Below, piece by piece: positions 10,815-21,663 of a DNA stretch of 64,000 nucleotides (position 1 is the first letter of the stretch; each line of letters opens with the position of its first letter). The stretch comes from Promethearchaeota archaeon. Lineage in GTDB: Archaea > Asgardarchaeota > Lokiarchaeia > Sigyniarchaeales > SOKP01. The position numbers and the translations under genes are program-made. The notes under the pieces were generated by a model. The model made no database searches. It saw only the letters and a program-made list of their open reading frames with translations, and was not told the origin of the DNA. Location of the stretch: NCBI GenBank assembly GCA_030603385.1, contig JAUVXW010000016.1:15228-79227 (forward strand), given 5' to 3'.

Positions 10815-12014
10815 ATGTTTATGATTAATCTTTTAACAGAATTTCTTCAAACTATATGCAAATTTATATCCTCTGCTAATTTTGTTTTAATTCTCTTATT
10901 CTTTATATTATTTTCTCATTTAATTCTCTTTTTTGTAAGAGATAAAAATTATATTTCCGCATTAGAAAAAATTAAAGCTTTTAAGCCTCTTTCATTACAA
11001 GATTTTGATAATCTTCCTACCGTGAATATAATTGTTCCTGCTTGGAAAGAAGGAGAAATATTCAATGGTTGCTTATTACAAATTAGTAAATTGTCATATC
11101 CTAATTTGAAGGTTATTGTAAATGCAGGAGGATCTGATGAAACAATAAATATTGCGGAATCATTTAAAAAAAATACGAAGTTTTCTGTTATTTATCAAAA
11201 AACTGGTCAAGGAAAGATAAAAGCAATCAATGATTGCTTAAGACATGTTTCCGAAGGGATTATTTACTTAATAGACGCTGATGTTATTCTTACCGATCAA
11301 ATAATTCTTAATATTCTTTATTCTTTAATTTATGAGAATAACGAGGTCGTTGTTGCTCGTGTTAAACCACATAGTTCTATTCAAAATATGGATTTAGTCA
11401 AGTATTTAGAAATAAATCGAAATATTGATTTTTTAGGCAGTTTCTCCAATAAAGTAAATTATACGACTCAAAATACAGGAATAAAACATGAAGTTATTAA
11501 AACAATAGGTAAATTCTCAGAAGGAAGATTATCTGATGATGGAATTTCTATGGGTTCAGATATTCTTTCAAAAGGTTTTCAAATTCATTTAATTGATAAA
11601 AAAGTTGAATCCTTTAATTACCCTTATAAAATTAAAGATTATTTTAAACAAAATTTAAGGTGGCTTGAAAATTCTTTATACACACCTTATAAAAACCGAT
11701 TTTTAAAAAGGGTAAAATTTTTTGGCTTAGTTCTTATATCAATTTACATATTTATATCTCCTTTTTTATTGGTTTTTAATATCAATTTATTTTTAATTGG
11801 TTTAGTAATGCTTTTGAGTTCTTATTTAAAAAGAGTAAGAAAAACTGTTTTCTTTAAAATGACAAACTCAAATGAGAATATTAAAATTTCCACTTTTTTT
11901 TATATCAAACTCGTTCTCTATATAATTATTGATTTATTGATGAATATCATCGTTTTTATTGAAATAATATTTTACAGAAAGGCCTATAAAAAAAGGAAAA
12001 ATCTTTTTGGTTAA
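10815..12014 (+). CDS. Membrane glycosyltransferase family 2
   Basis: IIVPAWKE, GKIKAIN, DAD, DD and QNLRW (QxxRW) motifs; flanking TM helices. Confidence 0.85.
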   Translation: MFMINLLTEFLQTICKFISSANFVLILLFFILFSHLILFFVRDKNYISALEKIKAFKPLSLQDFDNLPTVNIIVPAWKEGEIFNGCLLQISKLSYPNLKVIVNAGGSDETINIAESFKKNTKFSVIYQKTGQGKIKAINDCLRHVSEGIIYLIDADVILTDQIILNILYSLIYENNEVVVARVKPHSSIQNMDLVKYLEINRNIDFLGSFSNKVNYTTQNTGIKHEVIKTIGKFSEGRLSDDGISMGSDILSKGFQIHLIDKKVESFNYPYKIKDYFKQNLRWLENSLYTPYKNRFLKRVKFFGLVLISIYIFISPFLLVFNINLFLIGLVMLLSSYLKRVRKTVFFKMTNSNENIKISTFFYIKLVLYIIIDLLMNIIVFIEIIFYRKAYKKRKNLFG

Positions 12015-12116
12015 AAAATTTATTTGAATTGAAAATCAGAAATTTTTTACAATAAAATTCATGTTTTACTATAATTTATAAAAATTTAAAAAAAAATCTT
12101 ATAAGTGATATAAAAC

Positions 12117-12848
12117 ATGAAATTACCTGCGTCTTTAAGGAAACTGCTTAATATTTTTTATCAGAACATTTATATTAACATGATTTATAAGAAGTTAAGT
12201 AGAAATAAAGGATTTAAAGACGACATTACCAATAATTTTCACAAACTCTTTTATAATGCCTATGCTGTGGAAGGCACATGGAAAGATATGAAATGGTTAG
12301 GAGTAAAAATCTTAAAAAATCCATTTGATTTATGGATATTTCAAGAAATTATTTTTAGATTAAAACCAGATGTTATTATAGAATGCGGGACGAAATATGG
12401 CGGTAGTGCATTATATTTTGCCTCTTTATGCGACTTATTAAATAATGGTAAAATAATAACAATTGATATTAAAGATCACAAAAATAAACCACAACATAAA
12501 AGAATTAAATATTTACTTGGTTCGTCTGTTTCTGAGGAAATTATCTCAAAAGTAAAAGAAAATATAAGCGAAAATGACAAGGTATTAGTTATCCTTGATT
12601 CAGATCACAGAAAAGAACATGTATTGAAAGAATTAAAAGCCTATAATCTTTTAGTAACAAAAGGAAGTTATCTCATTGTAGAAGATACACATTTAAATGG
12701 GCATCCAATAGATCCTCTATTTGGACCAGGTCCAATGGAAGCAGTCAATGAATTTTTAAAAGAGAATCAAAATTTCAAAATTGATCTTACGAAAGAAAAG
12801 TTTTACATGACATGGAATCCAAGGGGTTATCTCAAAAAGATAAATTAA
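12117..12848 (+). CDS. CmcI (cephalosporin hydroxylase)-family methyltransferase
   Basis: WLGV..LKNPFDLW..QEII...KPDVIIECGT..GGSA, LDSDH and GSYLIVEDT. Confidence 0.9.
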   Translation: MKLPASLRKLLNIFYQNIYINMIYKKLSRNKGFKDDITNNFHKLFYNAYAVEGTWKDMKWLGVKILKNPFDLWIFQEIIFRLKPDVIIECGTKYGGSALYFASLCDLLNNGKIITIDIKDHKNKPQHKRIKYLLGSSVSEEIISKVKENISENDKVLVILDSDHRKEHVLKELKAYNLLVTKGSYLIVEDTHLNGHPIDPLFGPGPMEAVNEFLKENQNFKIDLTKEKFYMTWNPRGYLKKIN

Positions 12849-12867
12849 TCTTGATTTTATAAAAATT

Positions 12868-14040
12868 TTACTTACTTATTTTCTCAATTAATTCTTTAAA
12901 CATATTTATTTCTTGAGCCATAGAGTAATTTTGAACAACAAATTTTCTCGCTGCTTCTTGAAGCTCTTTAATTTTTTGAGGATTTTCTAGCCATATATCA
13001 TACACTTCACTAATTTTTTCTTTTATTGCTCGTGGGTTCAGGTCATCGATAAAAAAGGCAAAATTTCTTCCTTTTAATAACTCAACTGATCCAATAGTTT
13101 TACTACTTATGATGATTAATTTTGATGCGAGTGCTTCCATGATAGCTCTTGGAAATGGTTCTACTCGTGAAGAAAATAAAAACACGTCATTTTGATTGTA
13201 ATAACGCGCAATTTTTTCATTATCAATATAACCATTAAATTGTAAATCTTCCGGAAATCGCTGTTCTAATTCCTTTACTGCGGATTTTAACGGACCCATT
13301 CCACAAAATTCGAAGATCACTTGAGCTTTTTCACATTCTTCCAAGAAAATTTCAATTGCCTTTAATAAAACAGCAACACCTTTATGAACATCATCAAGAA
13401 AACCAATGTAGACAAATTTCAATTTGTTTTCTGGTTCTTTTTTGCTTTCTGCACTGGTAAATTTATTTAGTTTAATTCCATGTATTATATGAATAATCTT
13501 CTTTGGATTATAGAAATTCTCTAGATACTTCTTAGCATTTTCAGATAGAGCATGATGGTATATATTTCTTTTAAAAAAAGATAAAAAAAGAAGAGAAATT
13601 CGATATTTCAAATTATATAAAGAAAATAACTTATCACTATGCAAAGGTTTTCTATAACCAATAATAAATTTTCCTTTTCGATGTAATAAGCTAAAGAACA
13701 TGAAAATTAAACTCTGCTTAATATCAGAGTAAGATAAATAAATGATTTCATTTCTTTTAATTAATTTGTATAATTTAAAAAGGTCCCAGGGATAAGGAAA
13801 ATTAAAATTTTTATTAAAAATAGTCAATGTAACAAATTTTACTCTTCCAATTTTTTTTAATCCTTTTAATTTTTTATTAATTGTCTCTTTTGATAATAAT
13901 TTTTTACCAATAAAAATATTAGTATCCATCAACATTATATTATAAAATTCCTGCAAACCAGAAGCCAATTCTATCGCGGAAATTTCTCCTCCTCTTCCAT
14001 TTTCTAATCCAAGAGGATTAAAGATCAATACATTTGTCAA
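12868..14040 (-). CDS. Glycosyltransferase family 4
   Basis: N-terminal GGE motif and EPFPRAIMEALA (EX7E). Confidence 0.85.
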   Translation of the reverse strand: MTNVLIFNPLGLENGRGGEISAIELASGLQEFYNIMLMDTNIFIGKKLLSKETINKKLKGLKKIGRVKFVTLTIFNKNFNFPYPWDLFKLYKLIKRNEIIYLSYSDIKQSLIFMFFSLLHRKGKFIIGYRKPLHSDKLFSLYNLKYRISLLFLSFFKRNIYHHALSENAKKYLENFYNPKKIIHIIHGIKLNKFTSAESKKEPENKLKFVYIGFLDDVHKGVAVLLKAIEIFLEECEKAQVIFEFCGMGPLKSAVKELEQRFPEDLQFNGYIDNEKIARYYNQNDVFLFSSRVEPFPRAIMEALASKLIIISSKTIGSVELLKGRNFAFFIDDLNPRAIKEKISEVYDIWLENPQKIKELQEAARKFVVQNYSMAQEINMFKELIEKISK

Positions 14041-14398
14041 ATCAAGTCAATACTCTAAAATAATAATAATTTTCGTTTATCTTATTATAGAATTTTATCC
14101 AAGATAAAAAATTTTAGGAATTTAATAAAAAATAATTCAAAGTAATTGAGTTCTTAACTTGAAAAATGACTGTAATTTATAAACACATAGATATTTAGAA
14201 TTGTGGTTATCTCCTTGTATATTATCAAAAAATTATTTATAAACAAAACAAAAGTTTGTAACCTATTTGAGAATTATATTTTAACATAAAGAGTATTTTC
14301 TATATTTTTTCTTAAAACTTTCATGAAAAAATTAAATCTATATTAAAATTCCTCTAAATAAATAACTTAAAAAAAAAATAAATTATAATAATGATAAT

Positions 14399-15550
14399 AT
14401 GAAAGATCTTGTTCCCATTGAAAAAGTAATAGAAGAAAATGTTCGAGTTAAAGAACTTGAAGATCAAGGATTTATAATAAATCCTGAAAAATTAGATGAA
14501 TATTTGAAAGAATTCAAGAATCGAACTAGTACTTCACCCAACAAAAACTATTGGAAAGATAAAAGAGCATTAATAACAGGAATAAGTGGTTTTGCTGGCA
14601 GTCATTTAGCTGAACAACTATTAGATTTAGGATGTGAAGTTCATGGAACTATTCGACGACATGCTGTTCCTATGCACGAAAATATAGAGCATTTAAGGGG
14701 TAAGGTATTATTACATGAAGCAGATATAACAAGCGCAGAAAGGATCCTTAGAATCTTTGAAGAAATTAGACCTAATGCTGTATTTCATCTTGCTGCAGAA
14801 TCATTTGTGCCTACTTCCTTTAGAGAACCAGCTAGAGTAAGTCATAACAATATTATAGGAACTATCATAATATTTGAAGCAGCAAGAAGGTTTGATGACG
14901 ATTTAGAAAGTATTCAGGTCGCCTGTAGCAGTGAGCAATATGGACTAGTTGATCCAAATGAAGTTCCTGTATCAGAAAATTTGAAAACGAATCCCTTTCG
15001 ACCAAGAAGTATTTATGGGATAACAAAAGTCGCCACTGAACAGATAGCGTGGTTATATCATAATTCCTATGGTGTTCCTAGTATAATTACAAGAGGATTT
15101 AATCATGAAGGACCAAGAAGAGGAATACAGTTTGTAACAAGTGTCATTCATCGACAAATTGTAGAAATTATAGAAGGGAAAAGGGATAATATTGTAATTG
15201 GAAATCCTAACGCTATTAGAGATTTCACCCATGTTAAAGATACTGTTAATGCATATATATTGGTTAGTGAAAAAAAGAAATATAGCGAACCATACAATGT
15301 TTGTTCTGGAAAGGGAATTATGATAGGCGACTATGTTGAATTAGCGAAAAAAACTTTTAACATTTCTGCTAAAGTATTTGTTGATCCAAACCGGTTGCGA
15401 CCAAGTGAAGTCCCTTTACTTATCGGAAGAAATGATAAAATCTTCAACGAAACTGGATGGAAACCTGTACGTTCAATTATTGATATTATAAAAGATGGTG
15501 TTGAATACTTCCAAATACATCCAGAACAATTAGGAATTGAAGCACATTAA
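14399..15550 (+). CDS. gmd: GDP-mannose 4,6-dehydratase
   Basis: ITGISGFAGSHL, HLAAESFV, SSEQYG, PRSIYGITK, FNHEGPRRG..FVT and RPSEV. Confidence 0.85.
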   Translation: MKDLVPIEKVIEENVRVKELEDQGFIINPEKLDEYLKEFKNRTSTSPNKNYWKDKRALITGISGFAGSHLAEQLLDLGCEVHGTIRRHAVPMHENIEHLRGKVLLHEADITSAERILRIFEEIRPNAVFHLAAESFVPTSFREPARVSHNNIIGTIIIFEAARRFDDDLESIQVACSSEQYGLVDPNEVPVSENLKTNPFRPRSIYGITKVATEQIAWLYHNSYGVPSIITRGFNHEGPRRGIQFVTSVIHRQIVEIIEGKRDNIVIGNPNAIRDFTHVKDTVNAYILVSEKKKYSEPYNVCSGKGIMIGDYVELAKKTFNISAKVFVDPNRLRPSEVPLLIGRNDKIFNETGWKPVRSIIDIIKDGVEYFQIHPEQLGIEAH

Positions 15551-15599
15551 ATTAAATTTCTCTTTCAAAAATTTTAAAAAAATTGAAATGATTTTGTAT

Positions 15600-16316
15600 T
15601 TAGATATTCAATTCTTTTTTTTGAATTTGGATTAAATCTAAAATACCCTTTTCCCCCAATTCCATTATTTCATCTAGTTTCTTTTTAGTGAAAGTAGCTC
15701 CTTCAGCAGTTCCTTGAATTTCAATAATTTCAGAATTCTCATTCATTACTAAATTAAAATCCACATCAACCTTAGAATCTTCAACATAGTTTAAATCAAG
15801 TAAGACTTGATCATCCTTTATCCCTAATGAAATTGCGGCTATTACCTTATAATCTGGAAAATCATAAATTAATTGTTGATTATAGAGATAATTTAATGCA
15901 TCAAATACTGCTATAAACGCTCCTGTTATTGAAGCACATCTAGTCCCACCATCCGCTTGTATCACATCACAATCAATTCTTATTGTTCTTTCACCGAGTT
16001 TCTCATAATTGAAAGCAGCACGCATACTACGCCCAATTAATCGTTGAATTTCCATAGATCTTCCTCTATTAGTGTCTCTCTGATTTCTTACATGTGTTGC
16101 TCTTGGTAACATTGAATATTCAGCAGTAATCCAACCGGTTCCAGTATCAACTAGAAATCTTGGTACTGAATCCATAACTGATGCGGTTACAATAACTTTA
16201 GTACTTCCTTGAGTTAATAGTACAGAACCTTCTGGATACTTAAGAAAATTTCTTTTTATCGTTGTTTTTCTAATTTCATTAAATTTCCGTCCATCAAACC
16301 TTATATTCCCAACCAT
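15600..16316 (-). CDS. rph: Ribonuclease PH (bacterial type)
   Basis: GWITAEYSMLPRAT, EIQRLIGRS.RA, DCDVIQADGGTRCASITG and EIQGTAEG are signatures of bacterial RNase PH. Confidence 0.9.
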   Translation of the reverse strand: MVGNIRFDGRKFNEIRKTTIKRNFLKYPEGSVLLTQGSTKVIVTASVMDSVPRFLVDTGTGWITAEYSMLPRATHVRNQRDTNRGRSMEIQRLIGRSMRAAFNYEKLGERTIRIDCDVIQADGGTRCASITGAFIAVFDALNYLYNQQLIYDFPDYKVIAAISLGIKDDQVLLDLNYVEDSKVDVDFNLVMNENSEIIEIQGTAEGATFTKKKLDEIMELGEKGILDLIQIQKKELNI

Positions 16317-16452
16317 CTATAAAAAACCTAATTTTATCCGTCTAATAATCAGTAAAAATTTAAAATTCTTTAATTAATGAAAAGAGTATATTATAATATA
16401 TTTCGCTAAGTAAAAAAGTTACTAAAAATAGAAAATATGCCAAATTATATTA

Positions 16453-17553
16453 TTATACCATTGGATAAGACCCTAATATTTTACACCAGATTACATCCTC
16501 ATTAATTTTTTCAAAAACCTGTACAACTTTCTCTTCATCTTTATTACCCTCAAAATCCATCAGAAAAATGTACTCCCAACGTCCTCTTCTCCTTGGACGA
16601 GATTCAATTTTTAATAAATTAATATTTGCATCAGCAAAAATCTTCAATACACGATATAAAGCTCCTGGAGTATGCTTTGTGACAAAGACCACTGAGGTTT
16701 TGATTTTTCCCTCTTTATGATCATTTTCTCTTTTAGAAATTATTAGAAACCTAGTAAAATTTAATGGGTTATCTTCAATATTAGTGCTTAGAACTTTCAA
16801 ATTATAGATTTGGCTTGAAAATTCAGTTCCTATTGCAGAATACGATTCATCATTTAATTCTTGAACTCTTCGAACTGCTTCAGCCGTTGAATTTACACTA
16901 ATCAATTTAACATTGGGCAGATTAGTTTTAATCCAGATCCTAGTTTGAGCAAAAGCTTGAGGATGAGAAATTATTGTTTGGATTTTTGATAAATCAGAGT
17001 TTTTCACAGATATTAGATTTTGAATAATTCTTAACTCAATTTCTCCGTATATGATGAGATTTTTCTCAATTAATAAATCAAGTGTTTCCCTAACCGTGCC
17101 TTGAAGGCTATTTTCAATGGGAATGACTCCAAAATCGATTAGACCTTTTTCTACATTTTCGAATATTTCTAGTGAACTACTGGCTGTTCTTAATTCTGAT
17201 CCTGCTTTAGGGAAAGATTCTAAAGCTGCTTGATGGGTAAAGGTTCCTTTTGGGCCTAAGTATCCAACTTTTGTTATCGAACCTTGAATTAACTTACTTG
17301 CGCTCATGATTTCTTTCCAAATAGCTTCTATGCTCGAATCTTTGAAAATAGATGACTTACTTTTCAACCTATCAATAATTTCCTTTTCTCTTTGTGGTTG
17401 AAACACCTTCATATCTAATCGATCTTTTAGATCTCCTATCGCAGCTACAATGTTCCCACGTTTGTTTAGGAGTTCTACAATAGTATCATCGATTTTATCG
17501 ATTTCTTCCCTTAACTTTCTTAATTCTTTTTTCAAATTGTTTTGATTGTTCAT
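16453..17553 (-). CDS. pheA: Chorismate mutase/prephenate dehydratase (P-protein)
   Basis: N-terminal LREEIDKID...LLNKR chorismate mutase domain; YLGPKGTF, PIENS, SHPQA, NFTRF; ACT-domain IESRP. Confidence 0.95.
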   Translation of the reverse strand: MNNQNNLKKELRKLREEIDKIDDTIVELLNKRGNIVAAIGDLKDRLDMKVFQPQREKEIIDRLKSKSSIFKDSSIEAIWKEIMSASKLIQGSITKVGYLGPKGTFTHQAALESFPKAGSELRTASSSLEIFENVEKGLIDFGVIPIENSLQGTVRETLDLLIEKNLIIYGEIELRIIQNLISVKNSDLSKIQTIISHPQAFAQTRIWIKTNLPNVKLISVNSTAEAVRRVQELNDESYSAIGTEFSSQIYNLKVLSTNIEDNPLNFTRFLIISKRENDHKEGKIKTSVVFVTKHTPGALYRVLKIFADANINLLKIESRPRRRGRWEYIFLMDFEGNKDEEKVVQVFEKINEDVIWCKILGSYPMV

Positions 17554-17586
17554 ATCAGAATATTTAATATAATTGATTTAAAATTA

Positions 17587-19278
17587 TTAATAATTAAAAA
17601 AGTGTTCAATATTTAGTTCAAATGCCGAAACAGGAAACTCTAGTTTAAAATTCAACAAAATTTCTGGATGTAGCTCACCAATTTCACCAATAATCAAATC
17701 TTTTAAATAAATTTCCCCATATCGACCATCGATATAACTTGGATTTTTCCCAGGTTTTATTTCATAATCATCAAAGTATCCAAGTGAAGTCATTATAAAG
17801 TCTAAAGAAGATTTTATTTCAGTATAATCTGCATCTTCATGATAAGAAACAGCAGATAAATGTACTTCTCTTTTAGTTCCTGTTTCTTCTTTTTTTGATA
17901 GTAAGATAACATCACCAACTTCAAATATTCTTATAGGTTTTTCTTCAGATCGATTTAAAAGCAAAGTATCCATTAATTTAGGAAGTATCCTTGTTCTAGT
18001 TGTATTATACTCTTTAGAGACAGGATTAGCAATTTCAACAATTTCCCCAATCTCAGATTCTTGTTTCATATAGTTAAATTGCTTATCTGAACTTGCAAGA
18101 ATGAAATTTATAACCTCTAAATATCCTGCCCCTATCATAATCTTTCTTATCCTATTTGAGTAGTCTTGTATTGGATGATATTGCCCTATACCCCCCTCGT
18201 GAATTGTAAGAGGTAAATTAAAGTAGCCATAACCAATAGCACATTCCTCAGTGAAGTCAATTGGATGCATAAGATCCCCCCTATAAGCAGGTACTACAAC
18301 ATCTAAGTGTCCTTTCTTTTTAGATTTTTCTGCATCCATTCTAACTTTTTTAAAACATTTTATCATTTCTGAAGTTGATAAATTCAAACCAATAACACTA
18401 TTAATATAATCAACATTAACTTCCCATTTTTTTGGTTCTAAATTAGGTGTGACTATTTCACTTTCTCCTTCATAGTTTACTTTAACAGTCTCTAATTTTG
18501 CACCCATATCGGCTAATGTAGTAGATAGGATATTTAAAGCTAAGTTTATTGCATTAAAATCCGTACCAGTTAAATCTAAAAATAAGTTTTTTGTTTCATC
18601 TGTTACCGTAGTAAGAACTCCATTTATAACAGGTGGAAAGGACAATACTTCGTTATTACTGTCAAAAATAATTGGATATACTTCTTTACCTTCTAAAATA
18701 TGAGCATATTCAATACCCTTTTCATGTAATAATAATATCTCTTCTAAATTCATTGGATATCCATCCCCATGTAATGGAACAAAGCTAACAGAATCTGGTT
18801 TTACAGCAGTATATCTGTAAGGAGAAACAACTTTATCTAAATCATGTACTCCAATTGCTACTTTTCTTCTATCCCTTCCAACCGCCCAATGTAAATGTTC
18901 TTGAATATTCATTAATGTAGCAACTTCATCTTCATCTAAATCAATATCACGAATAATTCCACAGACTATATATGGTCGAACTTTTTTTACGCTGGGATCT
19001 ACATTCAAGACTATGTCTCCTGAAATAACATCAAAAGATGGGAGACCTTCCTCAATTTCATAATATCCTTTAAGAGCTCTAGCAATACCTTCAGGACTAG
19101 AAAAATCTGGTCTATTAGGACTATATTCAACTTTTACTTTTTGTTCTTTCTCATTGATATCTTCCAAATCTAGACTAATCCCTTGTAGATCATATTCTAA
19201 TTCTTTCAGATCTAATTTTTTTCCGACTAATCTTTCTAATCTTTCAACTTTTAATTCAATTGTAGGCACATTAATCAC
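17587..19278 (-). CDS. pheT: Phenylalanine--tRNA ligase beta subunit (archaeal type)
   Basis: NRPD, GRDRRKVAIGVHD, SFPPVIN, VPAYRGD.MHP.D and GELHP; adjacent to pheS. Confidence 0.95.
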   Translation of the reverse strand: MINVPTIELKVERLERLVGKKLDLKELEYDLQGISLDLEDINEKEQKVKVEYSPNRPDFSSPEGIARALKGYYEIEEGLPSFDVISGDIVLNVDPSVKKVRPYIVCGIIRDIDLDEDEVATLMNIQEHLHWAVGRDRRKVAIGVHDLDKVVSPYRYTAVKPDSVSFVPLHGDGYPMNLEEILLLHEKGIEYAHILEGKEVYPIIFDSNNEVLSFPPVINGVLTTVTDETKNLFLDLTGTDFNAINLALNILSTTLADMGAKLETVKVNYEGESEIVTPNLEPKKWEVNVDYINSVIGLNLSTSEMIKCFKKVRMDAEKSKKKGHLDVVVPAYRGDLMHPIDFTEECAIGYGYFNLPLTIHEGGIGQYHPIQDYSNRIRKIMIGAGYLEVINFILASSDKQFNYMKQESEIGEIVEIANPVSKEYNTTRTRILPKLMDTLLLNRSEEKPIRIFEVGDVILLSKKEETGTKREVHLSAVSYHEDADYTEIKSSLDFIMTSLGYFDDYEIKPGKNPSYIDGRYGEIYLKDLIIGEIGELHPEILLNFKLEFPVSAFELNIEHFFNY

Positions 19279-19279
19279 C

Positions 19280-20821
19280 TTATTTAAGATATGATTGTTG
19301 TCTTAACCAATTAATTGGGTTAATATAAAAATCTCTAATATCTTTCCGACCGTAATAAAGCATAGCGATTCTCTCAAGACCTTGACCCCATGCTAAAACA
19401 CGTGTAGGTTCCTTAATCCCCCATGGATAAGTAACCTCTGGTCTAAATATCCCTGATCCGCCCATTTCTAGCCATTCATCCAATTTATCATAATATACAG
19501 AAACTTCCATACTAGGCTCTGTATAAGGAAAAAATCCTGGTCTTGTTATGATCTTTTTGAAGCCCATTTTTCTATAAAATTCTGATAGTAATCCAATTAA
19601 ATCACATAGAGTAACATTATCATCAATCACAATTCCTTCTATTTGGGTAAATTCAGCTAGATGAGACTTATCAACTTTTTCATTTCGAAATACTCTATCA
19701 ACACAAAATACTTTTACTGGAACTTTTTCATTGTTTCTATAAAACTGAGCCAACCTACGCATTGTAGTGGCGGTAGTATGAGTTCTTAAAACTGTTTTCT
19801 TGGCAGTATTGATGTCCCATGCATATCTCCATCCAGAAGAGCCTGAATCACCTCCATTTTCATGTATTTCTTTTACAGCTAAAACTCTTTCTTTTTCTGG
19901 TAATTTTGCTGTTTTTGGATTATTAAGGTAGAATGTATCTTGCATTTCACGAGCGGGATGATCTTGAGGTTGAAATAATGCATCAAAATTATAAAAAGCA
20001 CTTTCAATAATAGGGCCTCTTATTTCAGTAAAACCCATTGATAAGAAAATTTCTCTTATTTCATTTATTAGATTAATTAAAGGGTGAATCTTTCCCGCTT
20101 TTAATAATGGACCAGGTTTGGAAACATCAAAAGGTTTTAAATCAAAATTTTTCCAGGTCCCTGAACTTAGCATCTCAGAAGTTATTTTACTTACTTGTGT
20201 TAGCTCATTAATCTCCGAAATAGAGATCTTTTTACCTTTTTCAGTTAAGTATAGAATACGTTGAGTTTTACGATTCTTTTCTATTAATTTTCTTTTATTT
20301 AGAACATCTATTAGCTTTTGGTCATCTTTAGAAAATTTAGAAAAATCAATTGCAAGATTTTCTTCAAATTTTTTTAAAACTTTTTCCAGTTCTGTTGGTG
20401 GAAACTCTTCAGCAACTATAAATATCTTGTTTTCCCCTGAAGCTTTGCTTTGACTAATCCACCTATTTTTTTTTAGATTTGAAATTCCAACATAAAAAAT
20501 GTTTCTATCTAAATTTGATCGTTTCAGCAAGTCATCTAAAGTAATTTCTTTAATTTCATCTTTTATCATTATATTTATTAATTTGCGTTCGGGTAATTCA
20601 TTTTTCAAATATGCCCTCCCTTCATCATTTAAAGAAATCTGATATATATCTTCTTCTTTAAATCCTCCTAAATTATGTTCAATGAAATCATTCACTGCTG
20701 ACATAAGAACTATATAATCAATTCCCATTTCTTCAGCGACTTTAGTAGCTATTACATTAGATCGCTTTTTCTTAAGCAATTTTAGAATTTCAATCGTTCG
20801 TTTTTTAAGCTTGATTATCAT
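19280..20821 (-). CDS. pheS: Phenylalanine--tRNA ligase alpha subunit (archaeal/eukaryotic type)
   Basis: NFDALFQPQDHPAREMQDTF, LRTHTT, FRNE.VD..HLAEF, FPYTEPS and WGQGLER. Confidence 0.97.
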   Translation of the reverse strand: MIIKLKKRTIEILKLLKKKRSNVIATKVAEEMGIDYIVLMSAVNDFIEHNLGGFKEEDIYQISLNDEGRAYLKNELPERKLINIMIKDEIKEITLDDLLKRSNLDRNIFYVGISNLKKNRWISQSKASGENKIFIVAEEFPPTELEKVLKKFEENLAIDFSKFSKDDQKLIDVLNKRKLIEKNRKTQRILYLTEKGKKISISEINELTQVSKITSEMLSSGTWKNFDLKPFDVSKPGPLLKAGKIHPLINLINEIREIFLSMGFTEIRGPIIESAFYNFDALFQPQDHPAREMQDTFYLNNPKTAKLPEKERVLAVKEIHENGGDSGSSGWRYAWDINTAKKTVLRTHTTATTMRRLAQFYRNNEKVPVKVFCVDRVFRNEKVDKSHLAEFTQIEGIVIDDNVTLCDLIGLLSEFYRKMGFKKIITRPGFFPYTEPSMEVSVYYDKLDEWLEMGGSGIFRPEVTYPWGIKEPTRVLAWGQGLERIAMLYYGRKDIRDFYINPINWLRQQSYLK

Positions 20822-21185
20822 AACCTTCAGTTGTTACACTTTATTCTTTCGTTATTATTTTTAAAATCTCAAATGTTTATAAATCTTTCGTGAATGAAAT
20901 CGTTTAATTTTGCTCGTTCTTGAATTAGAACAAACATCTAACTTTTTTTATTTTTTAATAATTTAGCTTTAAGATTTAGTAAATTAAAACTCATCCGCAG
21001 CCAAGGGATCAGTCTCTATATTGAATTTTTAATCCCTTGGCAAATTAAAGAAATTAACAAAAAATAGAGCTTGATTGAGACTTACGTCTATATAGACAAG
21101 ATAGGTTAATGAACACATAAATTTCTCTTCTCAAGCTATAATTACTTTTTAAAATAAATATAGAAATAATTGTTAAAAATTTTTT

Positions 21186-21614
21186 TTATTGCATATTATC
21201 TCTTATAGATGTAGAACTAATTTTCTTTTTGTTTTTATCTTTAATTATAGGAATCACAATAAGAATGAGTGGTTTTAATCCCATTTCTTCTCTGTTATTA
21301 TTTAACTTTGAAGCATTTTCATATGTTTCTTGGCTTACAATTAATCCCTCATATTCCGGATCTTGAGCATATTTATTCATATCATCCCAATTTTTTATAT
21401 CAACAATATTAATCCGCTTTAAATCTGCAATAGACTTAATATAAGTTTTCAGATTCTCTTTTCTGGTTTCATAATCTTCTAATTTTGAAGCAAATTGCTT
21501 ATTCTCTAAAAGATTCTGAGTGGTTAATCCAATCTCTATATAATCAGAAAGAGATAAAGCAGTTTTTAATAAGAATTTATGTCCTTCATGAAGATGATCG
21601 AATGTTCCCCCCAA
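21186..21614 (-). CDS. coaD: Phosphopantetheine adenylyltransferase (archaeal type)
   Basis: GGTFDHLHEGH, VSQET and KISSTSIR. The true start is probably ATT at 21632 (see findings). Confidence 0.9.
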   Translation of the reverse strand: MGGTFDHLHEGHKFLLKTALSLSDYIEIGLTTQNLLENKQFASKLEDYETRKENLKTYIKSIADLKRINIVDIKNWDDMNKYAQDPEYEGLIVSQETYENASKLNNNREEMGLKPLILIVIPIIKDKNKKKISSTSIRDNMQ

Positions 21615-21663
21615 TCCAACTTTCTTTAGAATTAGACAATCACCTTATCGCTAAGACAAATTT

